From assembly GCF_016433145.1 (NCBI RefSeq), contig NC_058130.1:132977214-133041213 (forward strand): 64,000 bases of DNA. The letters run 5' to 3'. Position 1 is the stretch's first letter. The number at the start of each line of letters is the position of its first letter. Both the position numbers and the translations under genes were made by a program. The notes under the pieces were generated by a model, which worked only from the letters and a program-made list of their open reading frames with translations, was not told the origin of the DNA and searched no databases. Source of the stretch: Gracilinanus agilis (taxonomy: Eukaryota). Below are positions 32,501-47,600 of this stretch, piece after piece.

Positions 32501-33781
32501 TGGGACTGTTGCCCTTCTTCACTCTACCTGAGAGATTCCTGCTTTGTTTCCTGCCCACCATCATTAACAGGTAATGGAGCTGTTAGGCTGGATCCTAGCC
32601 TTGGGAAAGGGACAGGGGCACAGTAAACAAAGGGCCAAGGAGTCTCTGGGGTCTCTTTCCTCCTCTTTTCTGATCTCTGTCATTAATAAGAGTTACAGTC
32701 ATGGGGTGACAGGGCCATGGAAGAAGACAGCAGGCAATATCTCAAAGCCAGTCCTAATTGTTGATCTTATTCCATCTATTGAACTAGGACCTATTTTCCA
32801 TTTTCCTGTTCTGCTTTGAATAGATTGGCGGCAGCCATTACTAAGAGGTGAGATGGGCAAGGAGGGAGAGTTGGGCATCCCTGGCTACCCTTGACCTCCC
32901 TTGTCTAATGATATTGTTTCTTCCTTTAGCCTAATCATGCGGAAAAGTCTAATCAGACACCTTGAAGAAAGAGGGATACAAGTGAGTTCAATCATTACCT
33001 GTCACTTAGAATTTTAGAATACATTATGTCTCTTCAGCCTTGTATTGGTTGCTAAGGGGGGAAGAGGAAGCAAAAAAAAAATCACTTCCATTTCTATTAT
33101 GTTTTACACTTTTCCAAGCCTTTTCCTCAGAAAAAAACCCCACAAGATAGGTAGTGATAAGTATTTATTCCCCTCTTCCTAGCTATGAGACCCTGCACAA
33201 GTCATTTAACCCCAATTGCCTGGCCTTTACTGCTCTTCTGCCTTGGAATTGATACTTAGTATCAATTCTAAGACAGAAGTAAGGGTTTTTAAAAAAAGTT
33301 AAAAAAAAAAAAGTATCATCCCAGTTTTACTAGATAAGGAACTTAAGATTTAAAGAGCTCAAAATGAGTTGTCCAAAATCATACATCTGGTAAACATTTG
33401 GCCTGAAGCCTCCCACCATGACTGGCTAGTCCCTACACCCAGCTCAGTCACATACGTGAAAAAATAAGATGTATTTTATTGTTGTCCAGTGGTATAGGCG
33501 GATGGAAATACTGTAGGAGTTCAGAGGAGGCCATGGGAAAATATATTCATGGAAGTGAGGAAGAGTTTAGATAAACAGAGAAGGGTTTCATGTGAGAGAA
33601 ATAAGAACAAAGCACTTCTCCAATTTTATCTACTCTTCAGGTGGTATTTTGGTGCCTTAATGAGGAATCCGATTTTGAAGTGGCCTATGGGCTAGGAGCC
33701 ACAGGGGTCATGACAGATTACCCCACAGCCCTCCGCCACTATCTGGACAACCATCCTCAGCAACCTGACAGGGGCAACTAA
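29588..33781 (+). CDS. GDPD3: Glycerophosphodiester phosphodiesterase domain-containing 3 (lysophospholipase D GDE7), 10 exons, 319 aa
   Basis: Exons 29588-29726, 30297-30339, 30415-30550, 30739-30784, 31124-31242, 31392-31481, 32437-32570, 32788-32847, 32930-32981, 33641-33781 (960 nt, frame intact). GDPD motifs AHRGG, ELD, VSHD, W-LNEE, GVMTDYP. Hydrophobic N-terminal segment. Syntenic position. Confidence 0.95.
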
Positions 33782-34799
33782 GATATCTCAGAGAGCTAAC
33801 TGGGTCATGGATATAGTTGTATTTTTTTTCTTTTAAAATGTTTTGTTGAAAAGATCATTTAATACATCACTGCCACTCCTCAGTGATTCTCTGTCCCCAC
33901 TCTTCCTAGAGTGGTCAAGCAAAGTTGATTTGTAATCAACCTACTGGCTATGTCTAGAAATGTATGCCTCCTTGTATCTATATGTTTAACATTTCTCTGT
34001 TGAGAAGCAAGAAGTATATTTTTAAAAGGAGTTCCCTTAAGCCACAATTGAACACAACTTCATTGATTAGTTCTTTAAATCCTTCAGATTGTGACCATCC
34101 TGTATATTTAATTCTGCTGATATTTCTCTGCATCAATTCATGCAAGTTTTCAAGATCTCCCTTAAAATGTTGCCCTTCACCAACCCAATTTACTCCTTTT
34201 CTCCCCTGCTTTTCATCGCTATCCCTCAATAAATGTTTTCTTACTGAGTCAAATGTCTTTATTGAGGAGGGGGCTGGGGATGAATGCTTGAGCCAGGGAG
34301 GAGAGTCCTGGGCTTCTGGTCTGGCCACATTCCTGGCCCTCAAACTAGTCTACTTTCTGGTGCCACTCCCAGCCTTTGTGACTCTACCCAGTCGAGTAAC
34401 TAATGCTTTCTTCCAGGAGAAGGGAGGCTCAGACTGGAGACGGATGGGGGTGGGGAAAGGGAGAAAAGTGGTCCCACAGGGCTAACTCCAAATTCCACTC
34501 CGAAGCCTTTTAGGATTAGCGCATCCACCTCAAGGCCTCAGACAAGGCTCCCGGGTTTTAGATTGGCGTCTCCAGGGAACCTGAAACGATGGATTACTAC
34601 CTCCTTGCAACCAGAGACCAGCCCTGGAGTGTCCCGGGGGCCTCGACCTGGCGGGGTGGAATGGGCGGGTGGAGATGTTGCTCCTTTGCCCCACAGATAC
34701 TTCAGGCCCTAGGTGGCCCAAAGGTCCTGGAGGCAGGACGGGCAGCTCCAGGCCTGGGACGGGGGCTCGCGGTCCGCGGGAGAAAGCAATCAAAGGGCA

Positions 34800-35291
34800 G
34801 GCTCTCCGGCCTTGGGGGCGGGTAGGGAAACTATTACCGAGCCGGGGAGACCGGGCGCCCAGGACCGCAGCAGATGCGGCGTGGAGTGGCGAAGTCCCGC
34901 CCGGCCTCAGGGCTCCTTTGTTTTCAGGGAGGTCCGCGGCCTTGGAACCCAACCTCCCCGGCGCCCTCACCCAGCCCTGGATTCCGCCGCATTTCCGGAG
35001 GCGACAGACCACCAGCTCGGAAGCCACCAAAGGGAGAGGAGAGGGCAGGAGGCTTGAATACTCCCGGATGCGTGACGCTCCCCGCTCATTTGCATAGAGC
35101 GCCCTGATTGGCCGCGGCGGCCGCCGGGAGAGTGAGGGAAGGGAGGGGGGGAGAACTCACAGCGGCAGCAGCTGGTCTCGGTGTAAACAAGTCGCGGCTT
35201 CGAACCCGGGGCGTGGGGACAGCGCCCCGGCTCCGGAGCGCCCCACCACCCGATCCCAGACCCCGGCGGACCGGGCCCCCCGCGCACCTAG
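34800..35291 (+). promoter_or_regulatory. YPEL3: YPEL3 CpG-island promoter and non-coding first exon
   Basis: CpG-rich. ATTTGCAT at 35088-35095, ATTGG at 35107-35111, GTAAACAA at 35183-35190, donor TAG|GTGAGG at 35291/35292. Matching acceptor ttttctag at 36008. Confidence 0.65.
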
Positions 35292-36074
35292 GTGAGGCTC
35301 ATCACCCTCGGAGCGCCCATTAGTCCCCTGAGCGATCTCTGCGCCCCCAGCCCCGCAGTCGGAGCTCCCAGGCTCCCTCCCTTCTGCAGTCCTTCCCCTC
35401 CCTCTCCCTGGACTGACCAGGGCCACCCCGAGGCCAGAACCCCCCAGGAACTTCCGACCTCCTGGGGCGCCCTCCCCTGCAGCTCCGGACCTTGTGCACC
35501 CCTTCCCCTCCCCCTCCCCAGCTGCGCAGCTTTTACAAAGCAAGACTACTTCCCCCCCACCCCCAGTGCCTCCCCTCCAGCTTATTCTTCCCTTTTGGGG
35601 CTCCCTGCTATATCTTGGCCCACCTTCCAGAGCCCATTGGATTGTCTGGGCCCAGGTGGAGGCGCTGAGTGGCTGAGTCAACCCTTCCCCTCCTAGCCTC
35701 AGTTTCCCCGGTGGTGCAACTTGAGAATCTCTTAAGGCAGTGAGTCAAATCGATGCTTTGACTGAATCCAGCCTGAGCAACATTCCTCCCCCTGGGAGGC
35801 AACCTGGCCCTAGGGAAGACAGAGACAACAACTAAGTATAACAGCTGATACAGCCCCAGCTCTGGGGAGAAGTCGGACACCAGCTAGAGAGGAGATGCTG
35901 GGACGGATTTTGCTACTGGGAGGGAATGAGAAACTGTCTGTGGAAAACTAGAGAATTTGGGATAGGAAAAGAGGGCCATGATGCTGATGCTTCTTCATGA
36001 TTTTCTAGGCTCTGGGCTCCCTTTGCTCACCGTGGTCCCCTCCTCGGGTGGGGCCACTGCCCCCAGCCCCCACC

Positions 36075-37363
36075 ATGGTTCGGATCTCCAAGCCCAAAAC
36101 CTTCCAAGCTTATTTGGACGATTGTCACCGAAGGTATAGCTGTGCCCACTGCCGGGCACACCTGGCCAACCACGATGACCTCATCTCCAAGGTAACCTGC
36201 TTAAGGATTGGGGAAACTCTCAGTCCCAGGGATTGTACCCTGGGAGTGAACCAAAAGGCCCCAGAAATGACAATGACTGTGATTCCCTTTCTTCTCTCCA
36301 GTCCTTCCAGGGAAGTCAGGGCCGTGCCTACCTCTTCAACTCTGTGTGAGTATCAGAGCTTCCTTGCTCTTTAGGGCTGGTAGTTGAAGACTCTTGGGGC
36401 AATCTCCCAACCTCCAGTGGCCTGTGACCTCTTCTTTCAACCCATACTTTCTTGTAGTGTTGGAGTTTCAGGGCCAACCAAGGGTCAGGTGGGATTGTGA
36501 CCCATCTGGGACTTGTGACCCTGGATTACTCTGGAGGGAAAATTGGGCCTCAGGCTTGGTGGGATGGGGTGGTGTTTGAGGCCCAGAGTCCCCTGAGGGA
36601 CTAGTCTCATTTGTGACAGCCTGGTGACCCACCCCACAGGGTGAACGTGGGTTGCGGGCCAGCTGAAGAACGTGTGCTACTAACTGGACTCCATGCTGTG
36701 GCTGACATTCACTGTGAGAGCTGCAAGACCACCCTGGGCTGGAAATATGTGAGTGTGACCTGTAGTCCTCCCATAGTCAGACTCGAGTGCTATGAAGAAT
36801 GCTAGGTTTGGAGTTTGAAGATCTGGGCTTAAATTCTGCCTCCAACACAAACCTTGGGCATCACTTCCCCACTGGGGGCCTCAGTTTCCTTACCTGTAAA
36901 ATGTTAAATGGTTAAACTAGATCACTTTTAAGGTCCTTTCTAGATCTAAGTACATGAGTCTTCTCATATCCCTCGTCAGGTCCCTTTTAAAAAAATAAGT
37001 ATTTATAGAGCCCTGAACTTCTTCAAAGCTGTTTCATATTTGTTATCTCATTTGATTCTCACCATCACATGAGGCAGGTAGCTTAGATATTACAACCCTC
37101 ATTTGACAAGTGAGAAAAACTGAAGACTCCACTTAAGCAAGTTCTTCCATGGGGAAGCCAGAAACAGACTTAAGTCAAAAACTTTCCAACATAATACTTC
37201 TCCCCAGAAGCAAGTCTGTTGGAGAGGAATACCCCTACTCCCCACCTCCAACTGACTCTTCTCTACCTTCCAGGAACAGGCCTTTGAGAGCAGTCAGAAA
37301 TACAAGGAGGGGAAGTACATCATTGAGCTCAACCACATGATCAAGGACAATGGCTGGGACTGA
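36075..37363 (+). CDS. YPEL3: Protein yippee-like 3, 4 coding exons, 119 aa
   Basis: Exons 36075-36191, 36302-36345, 36640-36748, 37274-37363 (360 nt). [26 protein letters not shown]...[14 protein letters not shown]...DNGWD*, with two CxxC zinc motifs. Confidence 0.97.
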
Positions 37364-37831
37364 CCGCTGACCTCCAACCCCAGCTTCATGATTCTCCCTG
37401 ATAAGATGATTCTGCTGCTCCCACCCCAGCCAGGCTGCTGGAGGAGGGGCACTAGTGGGAGAAACTACTACTTGCTTCCTCTCCAGGGACCCTGGGGGAA
37501 TGGCAAGTTCTCCCTCCTCAGGGCTTTGTTGGGTGATGGCTCCAAGCCCTTGTACATACATTTTATTATTTTATTGCATGCACTGTGACTTTTTTTGGGG
37601 GGGTGGGGGAAGAAATTTCCCTGTTCTGCTGCCTCCCATGATCTGGCTGGTTTGGATCTCATTTTTAACCCTCTCTTTGCCCCAGTTTCATTTGTAGATA
37701 TGCCCTTTGTTGTACATAACTCCCTGGCTTCCTCTCCATGGCGATCCCTTTTCCTCTTGCCTATATACCTCAAGCCTGTGCCACTCTTTCCCCAGAATTT
37801 CCTTACTCCTTCCTGGTCTGTAGCATCTGTA

Positions 37832-37837
37832 AATAAA
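37832..37837 (+). terminator. YPEL3: YPEL3 polyadenylation signal
   Basis: AATAAA ~470 nt after the stop. Confidence 0.7.
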
Positions 37838-38249
37838 ACTCCCAGAGATACCACCTACCTCTCTCTTTCTTGGAATCTCCTGGTTTTGGGAAGGAGACTC
37901 CTGTACTCAAGCACCCTCCCGAGACCCTCCAACTCTTCCCAAGTTCTGGATTTGCAAGGACTTTTCTAGTAATGGTTTCCTTTCTCATATAGAAGTTTGA
38001 ACAGGCTAGAAGCACGCACCCTCCATCCAACTATAGACAGGCTCGGTTCCGACACTGACTAGCTGTGTGGTGACCCTGAACCTCAGTCTCCTTATTGTAA
38101 AATGGGGACGGTCTTTGCACTGCCCACCTCATAAAGTGCCATAGAAATGAGCTACTGCTTTACTAGCCTCATCTGCCCATTGAGTCTCGGCCTGTCCTTT
38201 TTGAAAATGTCGAGGTTCTGGACCTGCTTTGATCTCCCAAAAGCAGCAG

Positions 38250-39200
38250 CAGAGACTGGGGCAGGAGTGATGGCACGCACAGCATCTCCTCCCGTCTGGT
38301 GAACATCTGCGTTGCGTGTTTTGGAGGCTATGGAGTCGGGACTACCGCTCCCAAGAAAAGTAGCGCGCATTCTGGGCTAGAACGCAGGCTGCGGCTGGCT
38401 CCGCCTCCCGGGAACTGTAGTTCCAAAGAGGCAGCCGCAGCCCTCCTTTACAGGGCGGAGCGGAAAAAGCTCCTGTACTATTTTTCCTGGGTAATGTAGT
38501 CCCGCGGAGTGTGGAGCATCTGACTAAAGTCCCGGGGCCTGGGGAGGCTGCGGGGGCTCCCGATGGACCACAGGCATCTTCCCGAAGTGGTAGTCTAGAC
38601 TGCTGAGTTCGGATTTCGGCCACACTCTTCCACGGGGAGCTCAGTGCTTTTCTCCATCCTTTCTCCGGACCCCTCTAAGGGAGAATTGGAAGAAGATAGT
38701 TCAGGGTCTCGGGGTCCGGGATATTGGTTTCTTGTCCAAGACCCCGCCCCAAGTTCCGGAGCCCCCGCCCCTATACCCACTGGCCCCGCCTCTCAGATTC
38801 TCCCAGGTTCCCTCGTGGGAACCCCGAACAGCTGGCAGGAAGCGCCAAACTGCTGCCCCGGCGCAAGCCCCCGGGGATCAATCAGGCCGAGGAGTTAATT
38901 ATGTAATTAGGGAGTAGGGGGCCTAGGCTAATGAAGCCAAGCCGTCGGGCTGGCTGGAGGGGACGAAGAGGAGGGGTGGCGGGGGGGAGGCGGACTGACT
39001 TGTTGGACAGATGGGACTGGGGAGGGGGGAGACCCAGGCATTCCCGTCTGGGCCCCATGGGCCGCTCCCCTCCTCCCCACCCCGACCTTTTCCCCCCTTT
39101 CCTACATCCTGCACCCCCAGCCCTGAAGGCCCCCGGGGGAGGAGGAGCTGTGACCAGGGGCCGAGGGGGCTGAGCCCAGGGCTATAGCTATAAAGGGGGC
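38250..39200. promoter_or_regulatory. TBX6: CpG island / regulatory region upstream of TBX6
   Basis: ACTACA/TCCC-type motifs at 38410-38421 and 38488-38500, CTTTGAT at 38227-38233, CGTGGGAA at 38814-38821, TATAAA at 39189-39194. Confidence 0.6.
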
Positions 39201-39267
39201 ATCACCTGGGCGGGTGGCTCAGTGCTAAGCAGACAGAACAGGACAGGAGGGGCTTGGAATCTGCCCT

Positions 39268-43248
<3,981 letters not shown>

Positions 43249-43753
43249 GTCTGAGGGAACATCTACCAGCCTTCCCTCTGGAGCCCAGGAGACTCTTTGG
43301 GGCCAACTCCCTCCCACACCAAATGGCTGCTTTGGCTTCCTTCATCTCAGCCAAGCCTACCCCCAACTCAGTTCACACTTCAGCTTTAGCTCACACCCCC
43401 CTCCTGCTTCAAAGCCTGTGGAGGTAGGCTTGGGGGTAGACCAGCTGCTCCGGCTTCCCCTTCCTGGGCTCTCACCTGGGTGTGAATGGAGGGTGGGGGC
43501 TGGGCCAGCAGGAGCCTGGGCCTCACCAAAAGGACGGGGTCAGGGGCCACCACCAAAAAATCAAGGGCAGCAACCCAACTAGGAGAATGTATCCTGAGCC
43601 TTTTCCCCACTTGACACCACTGTTTGCACCAGTTTACATCTATATCCCCTTACTTCCACGCTGGGACGCAGAGCAGACTATCTTCACCCCCACTGCCAAA
43701 TGGACAGTAATTATTCTCTCAAAACACCTTTGGGCTCCAGCCCCCCCCCCCCA

Positions 43754-43759
43754 AATAAA
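43754..43759 (+). terminator. TBX6: TBX6 polyadenylation signal
   Basis: AATAAA followed by GT-rich sequence (gcgtgtggtggt). Confidence 0.7.
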
Positions 43760-44273
43760 ATTTTCAAGTCAGCGTGTGGTGGTATACAAATCTTTGCAGA
43801 TGGGAAGGCAGCTGGGTTCCTGCTCCTCTAAGGCCATTTCAAAGGCCTTATTTTCATGAAATGTGCTTCCATTTCCAAAAGGGATTCTAATGCAGGGTTT
43901 CCTATCTTGGTTGCCTCCCAGAATCCTATCAGCCAGGTTTGTTTCTAGGCTCTAAGAGGTACTTGAGATATTGGGGGTACCCCCTGAGGGGGCTCCACAA
44001 GAATGGAGATAAAACAGCTGGGAGGCTGAAGGGCCCACCCAATCTAGCCCCAACAGAAAGATTTGCATTCAAATCTGCATGTTGCTACTGGAGAGCCCCT
44101 CTGGACCCACTTCGTGTGCACTGATAATGACTAGCAGCCTCTTTCATGGTGTGGTTTACAGGAAAGTAAGTATTCTGTGCAACGAAATAGGAACTGGGGC
44201 TACGCTTCTGTAGTATAGGGCAATTGCTCCTGCTGAGCCAGAGGGAGGTAAGAACAAAGGTCATTTTCTTTCT

Positions 44274-44279
44274 TTTATT
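44274..44279 (-). terminator. PPP4C: PPP4C polyadenylation signal
   Basis: TTTATT on + (AATAAA on -) ~380 nt past the stop. Confidence 0.7.
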
Positions 44280-44657
44280 AGAATTTTTTTTCATTTTTCC
44301 CCAAAGTTTTTATCTAAAAACAAACAAACAAAAAAGAGAAAACCAGAAAAAAAATCACCAGAAACTTAGAAACAAAGAATCTGGGGGAGGAGGAAATTGG
44401 ATCAAAGGTCGTCCTCCTTGCCCCCTGACCTCTGCCTAGGACAGAACACAGGATGGGAGAGGCTTCTCTGCTCTCTCAGTGCCCTCCGAGATCCTAGGGA
44501 GGAGAGAGGGGGAAAATGCCCCTGCCTTGGGAGACCCTGTCCTGCAGATAGATGGTGGCAATAGGAACAGCAGGGGACAGAATCACAGTGGTCCAAAGGA
44601 TGTTGAGGCCCGGGGAGAGGAGTGAAGGACGGGGGTGTGGGAGGGGCTTGGGTAGGG

Positions 44658-47600
44658 TCACAGGAAGTAGTCAGCCACTGGCTTCTTGGAAGGGATGCCC
44701 CGGGTTTCCTGGGGTGCAGCTTCAAAGATGATGAAGTCTTTCTGGAGGTGCTCATCCAGCTCCAAGATGGCTGCCACATTTCCGCAGCTGGGTCGAAAGG
44801 GAAATGTCAGTCATCGGAGGTACTAGAACACAGGAAATTTTCTCCAGGGCTCCCCTCCCAATTCCCACCAACTCCTGAAGGGATAGACCTCCCCTAGGCT
44901 TCTCCACCATAGAGCACTGAAGCTCACCGATAGCAGTAGTTGGGCGCTGACCACACGGTGAGCACAGTTTCGTTGAAGTGCCACTTGTAGCCTTCCATCA
45001 CCAGCTGGTGAGCCCGGCATATCATGTCAATGTCATTGGCGGCATTGAATTGGGCCACCACATCACTGCCAAACAGGTAGCCAGCTCCTCGGGGACTCAC
45101 CCCCCAGCCCGTCGTGTCTGTAGGGATGCAAATAGGACACATGTGGCCACCCCCTTCTCCTCCCCCCCAACTGAAATGGTAAAGTGGAAAAGGCCGAGGA
45201 TGGCCCTTGGCTACAATGTAACACTGGGGATGAAGTTCTACCTTTTTGGATCAGTTACAAGTAGGTTCAAATCCCATTGTTCATATTTACTTGTGTGGCC
45301 ATTTCATCTAAGCCTCAGATTGCTCATCCTTGATGCTGTCAGGGCCTGCCTCGCAGGGTTGTTACAGCAGCAACAAAAAGAATGTCATGTGCTTTGCAAA
45401 TCTTAAAAGACTAAATGCCAGATGGACTGTTTCTGCTAAAGGCACAGGGATTAGATGACAAGGTAGAAAGTTCCTGGGAGGCGCATCTTAGTTCAAAGAG
45501 AAGGAACTCCTTTGGGAATTAATAAGAATCCTGTCACTGGGAAAGCAGCAGAATGAAAACTTATGAGGAAGGATCCCTGGACTAGTTGGAAGGCTCGTGC
45601 GGATGGGCACTTGGAGGTTGTGACTGCTGGGTGGGTGTCGAATCCTCTACTTTACTTATTCTTCAAGTGTCCCTAGAGGAGTCACCATCTTTTGGGGCCT
45701 ATTTCCTTTATTTGCAAAGTGAGTTATTAGAACCTTCATGACCTTTAAGAAGCCTAGATGACCTCCACAGAGGCTTTCAATGTTAGCATTTAATTCTAAA
45801 CATCCCCCCTTATGGACTTGCTTGCTCTGATGGAAAGGTGTCTCTTATGATGCTGCAACCAACATGAAAATTCCTATATCTGTTATCCAGATGGGAAAGC
45901 TCCAGGTCCATGGTGTCCGATGTGATCAAGGCTGGCAAATGTACAATATCCTAACAAATGAAACTTTCCCAGTGCTGTTCCTCCTATGCTGCAAAACTGG
46001 GCTCCCCAAACTGACCACTAATGTTCCAGGAACCAAAAAATGAAAAGCCTTCTTTTGGTCTATTTTCTATTGGCTTGAATTACCTTTTCCCTGGACCCAC
46101 TAGTCCTTCCTACCAAACTCTTCTCCAAGTAAGGATGAAGCTCCCAACAAAACTTCATATGAAGGTGTGTTGCTCTTCCAACCCCACCTCACCTCCACCC
46201 CCAACACCTCACCTTCAGGGTCAGACCAGAGCAAGTCACACATGGGCCCATCATGAGGCACCTCCTGCTTCCGGTCAATTGTCCGGATCTGGTCCAAGGT
46301 CTGGATAGAGGGAGACAGGCCCCCATGCACGCAGAAGATCTGGGGAAGAAGGGAGAAGGAATGAGGTTCACCAATTCCTTTATTCCCAGATACACTCCGT
46401 GACCATTCACCATCCCCTTCCACCCCACAGCCCCTTCCTACCTTGCCATCGATGATGGCGGACAGGCTGAGGTAGTCAAAGATCTCAGTGCAGTAGCGCC
46501 ACACAGTCACTGAGCCATACTTTCGCAAACACTCATCATAGAAACCATAAACCTGTGTGATCTGCCTGCTCTCATGGTTCCCTCGAATCAGAGTGATGCG
46601 GTCAGGATACCGGACCTGGTGAGGGTAAGGATGCAGGAGGGATGGTAGTCACAACTGGCAGCCATGAGTACATGCTCATCTAGGGAAAACTGGCTACAGA
46701 ATGGGCATAGAGGGAGCTTGGAGAAGTCTCCAAGGAGGGGGACATCTAGGATAGTCTCAAGTATCTCCCAGCCTGGGCTGCCTCATTGTTTGGCAGTGCT
46801 ATAACAGTAGGGAGGAAAGTTTCTAGAGGTTGGGGTCCAAAGAATCTATTTAGGGAGCTGAGAGCAGGACCAAGGTCCCAAGAACAGTCTCACCTTGAGG
46901 GCAAGCAGCAGCAGGAATGTTTCAACGCTGTAGAAGCCTCTGTCCACAAAGTCCCCCATGAAGAGGTAGTTGGTCTCAGGGACATCGCCACCCACCTGTG
47001 GAAAGGAAGATGAGGCTTCATTTGTATTGCCTAGCTCACTACCCCAAATCCTCTTGAAAATCACATGTACAAGTCTTTTCCATCTACCCTGTCCAAATTA
47101 AAATCCCATTACATTTTGAAATATTCCTAATAACCCCTCTGAATAGGAACAGTATCATATCACTTATATCATATACTTATATCACAGTTTCCCTGTTAAC
47201 CCACATCTTCAGCAAGAAAGCTGAAAAAAGCTCCAAATTAAAAGCAGATGAAAGGAATTTTCCAGATGAGTTCCTTATGAACTTTTTTTGAGGGGCTATT
47301 AAATCCAAGAGTCAGAATGGTCCCTCCCAGCTTCTTCCCAACATATGCACACACTCACTCTGAACAGCTCCTTGAGATCATAGAATTGTCCGTGGATGTC
47401 CCCACACACCTGGGGTAGGAATCACAGAATGTTAGAGCTAAAAAGAACCTGAAAGAACATTTAGTCTAAGCCCCTCATATTAAAAAGAATCTGAGACCAA
47501 GAGAATTACCCCAAAGTTACAGTGAGAGAGCCAGAATTCAATCCAGCACTTCTTTCTTAAAATCAACGAGAAACCAAGAGGCTATGACAGGCGCAGAGGC

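Noticed and set aside
32521-32570. Suspected 1-nt frameshift in GDPD3 exon 7
   Set aside because: Re-reading (and the overlapping ORF-track translation) gives CCT GAG AGA TTC CTG. The exon is 134 nt and in phase with exon 8, so the gene is intact.
33964-34485. 173-aa ORF after GDPD3
   Set aside because: Overlaps repeat-like sequence and the putative GDPD3 3' UTR. No family resemblance or splice support.
34530-35880. Dense overlapping ORFs on both strands at the YPEL3 promoter (similar clusters at 20491-21326, 38152-39616, 51083-51868)
   Set aside because: Expected artefact of stop-poor CpG islands.
46616-46893. U12-like branch sequence (ATCCTTAC) before a PPP4C acceptor
   Set aside because: The donor is a normal U2 GTGAGA and the match is imperfect. 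There is not enough evidence for a minor intron or a converted one.
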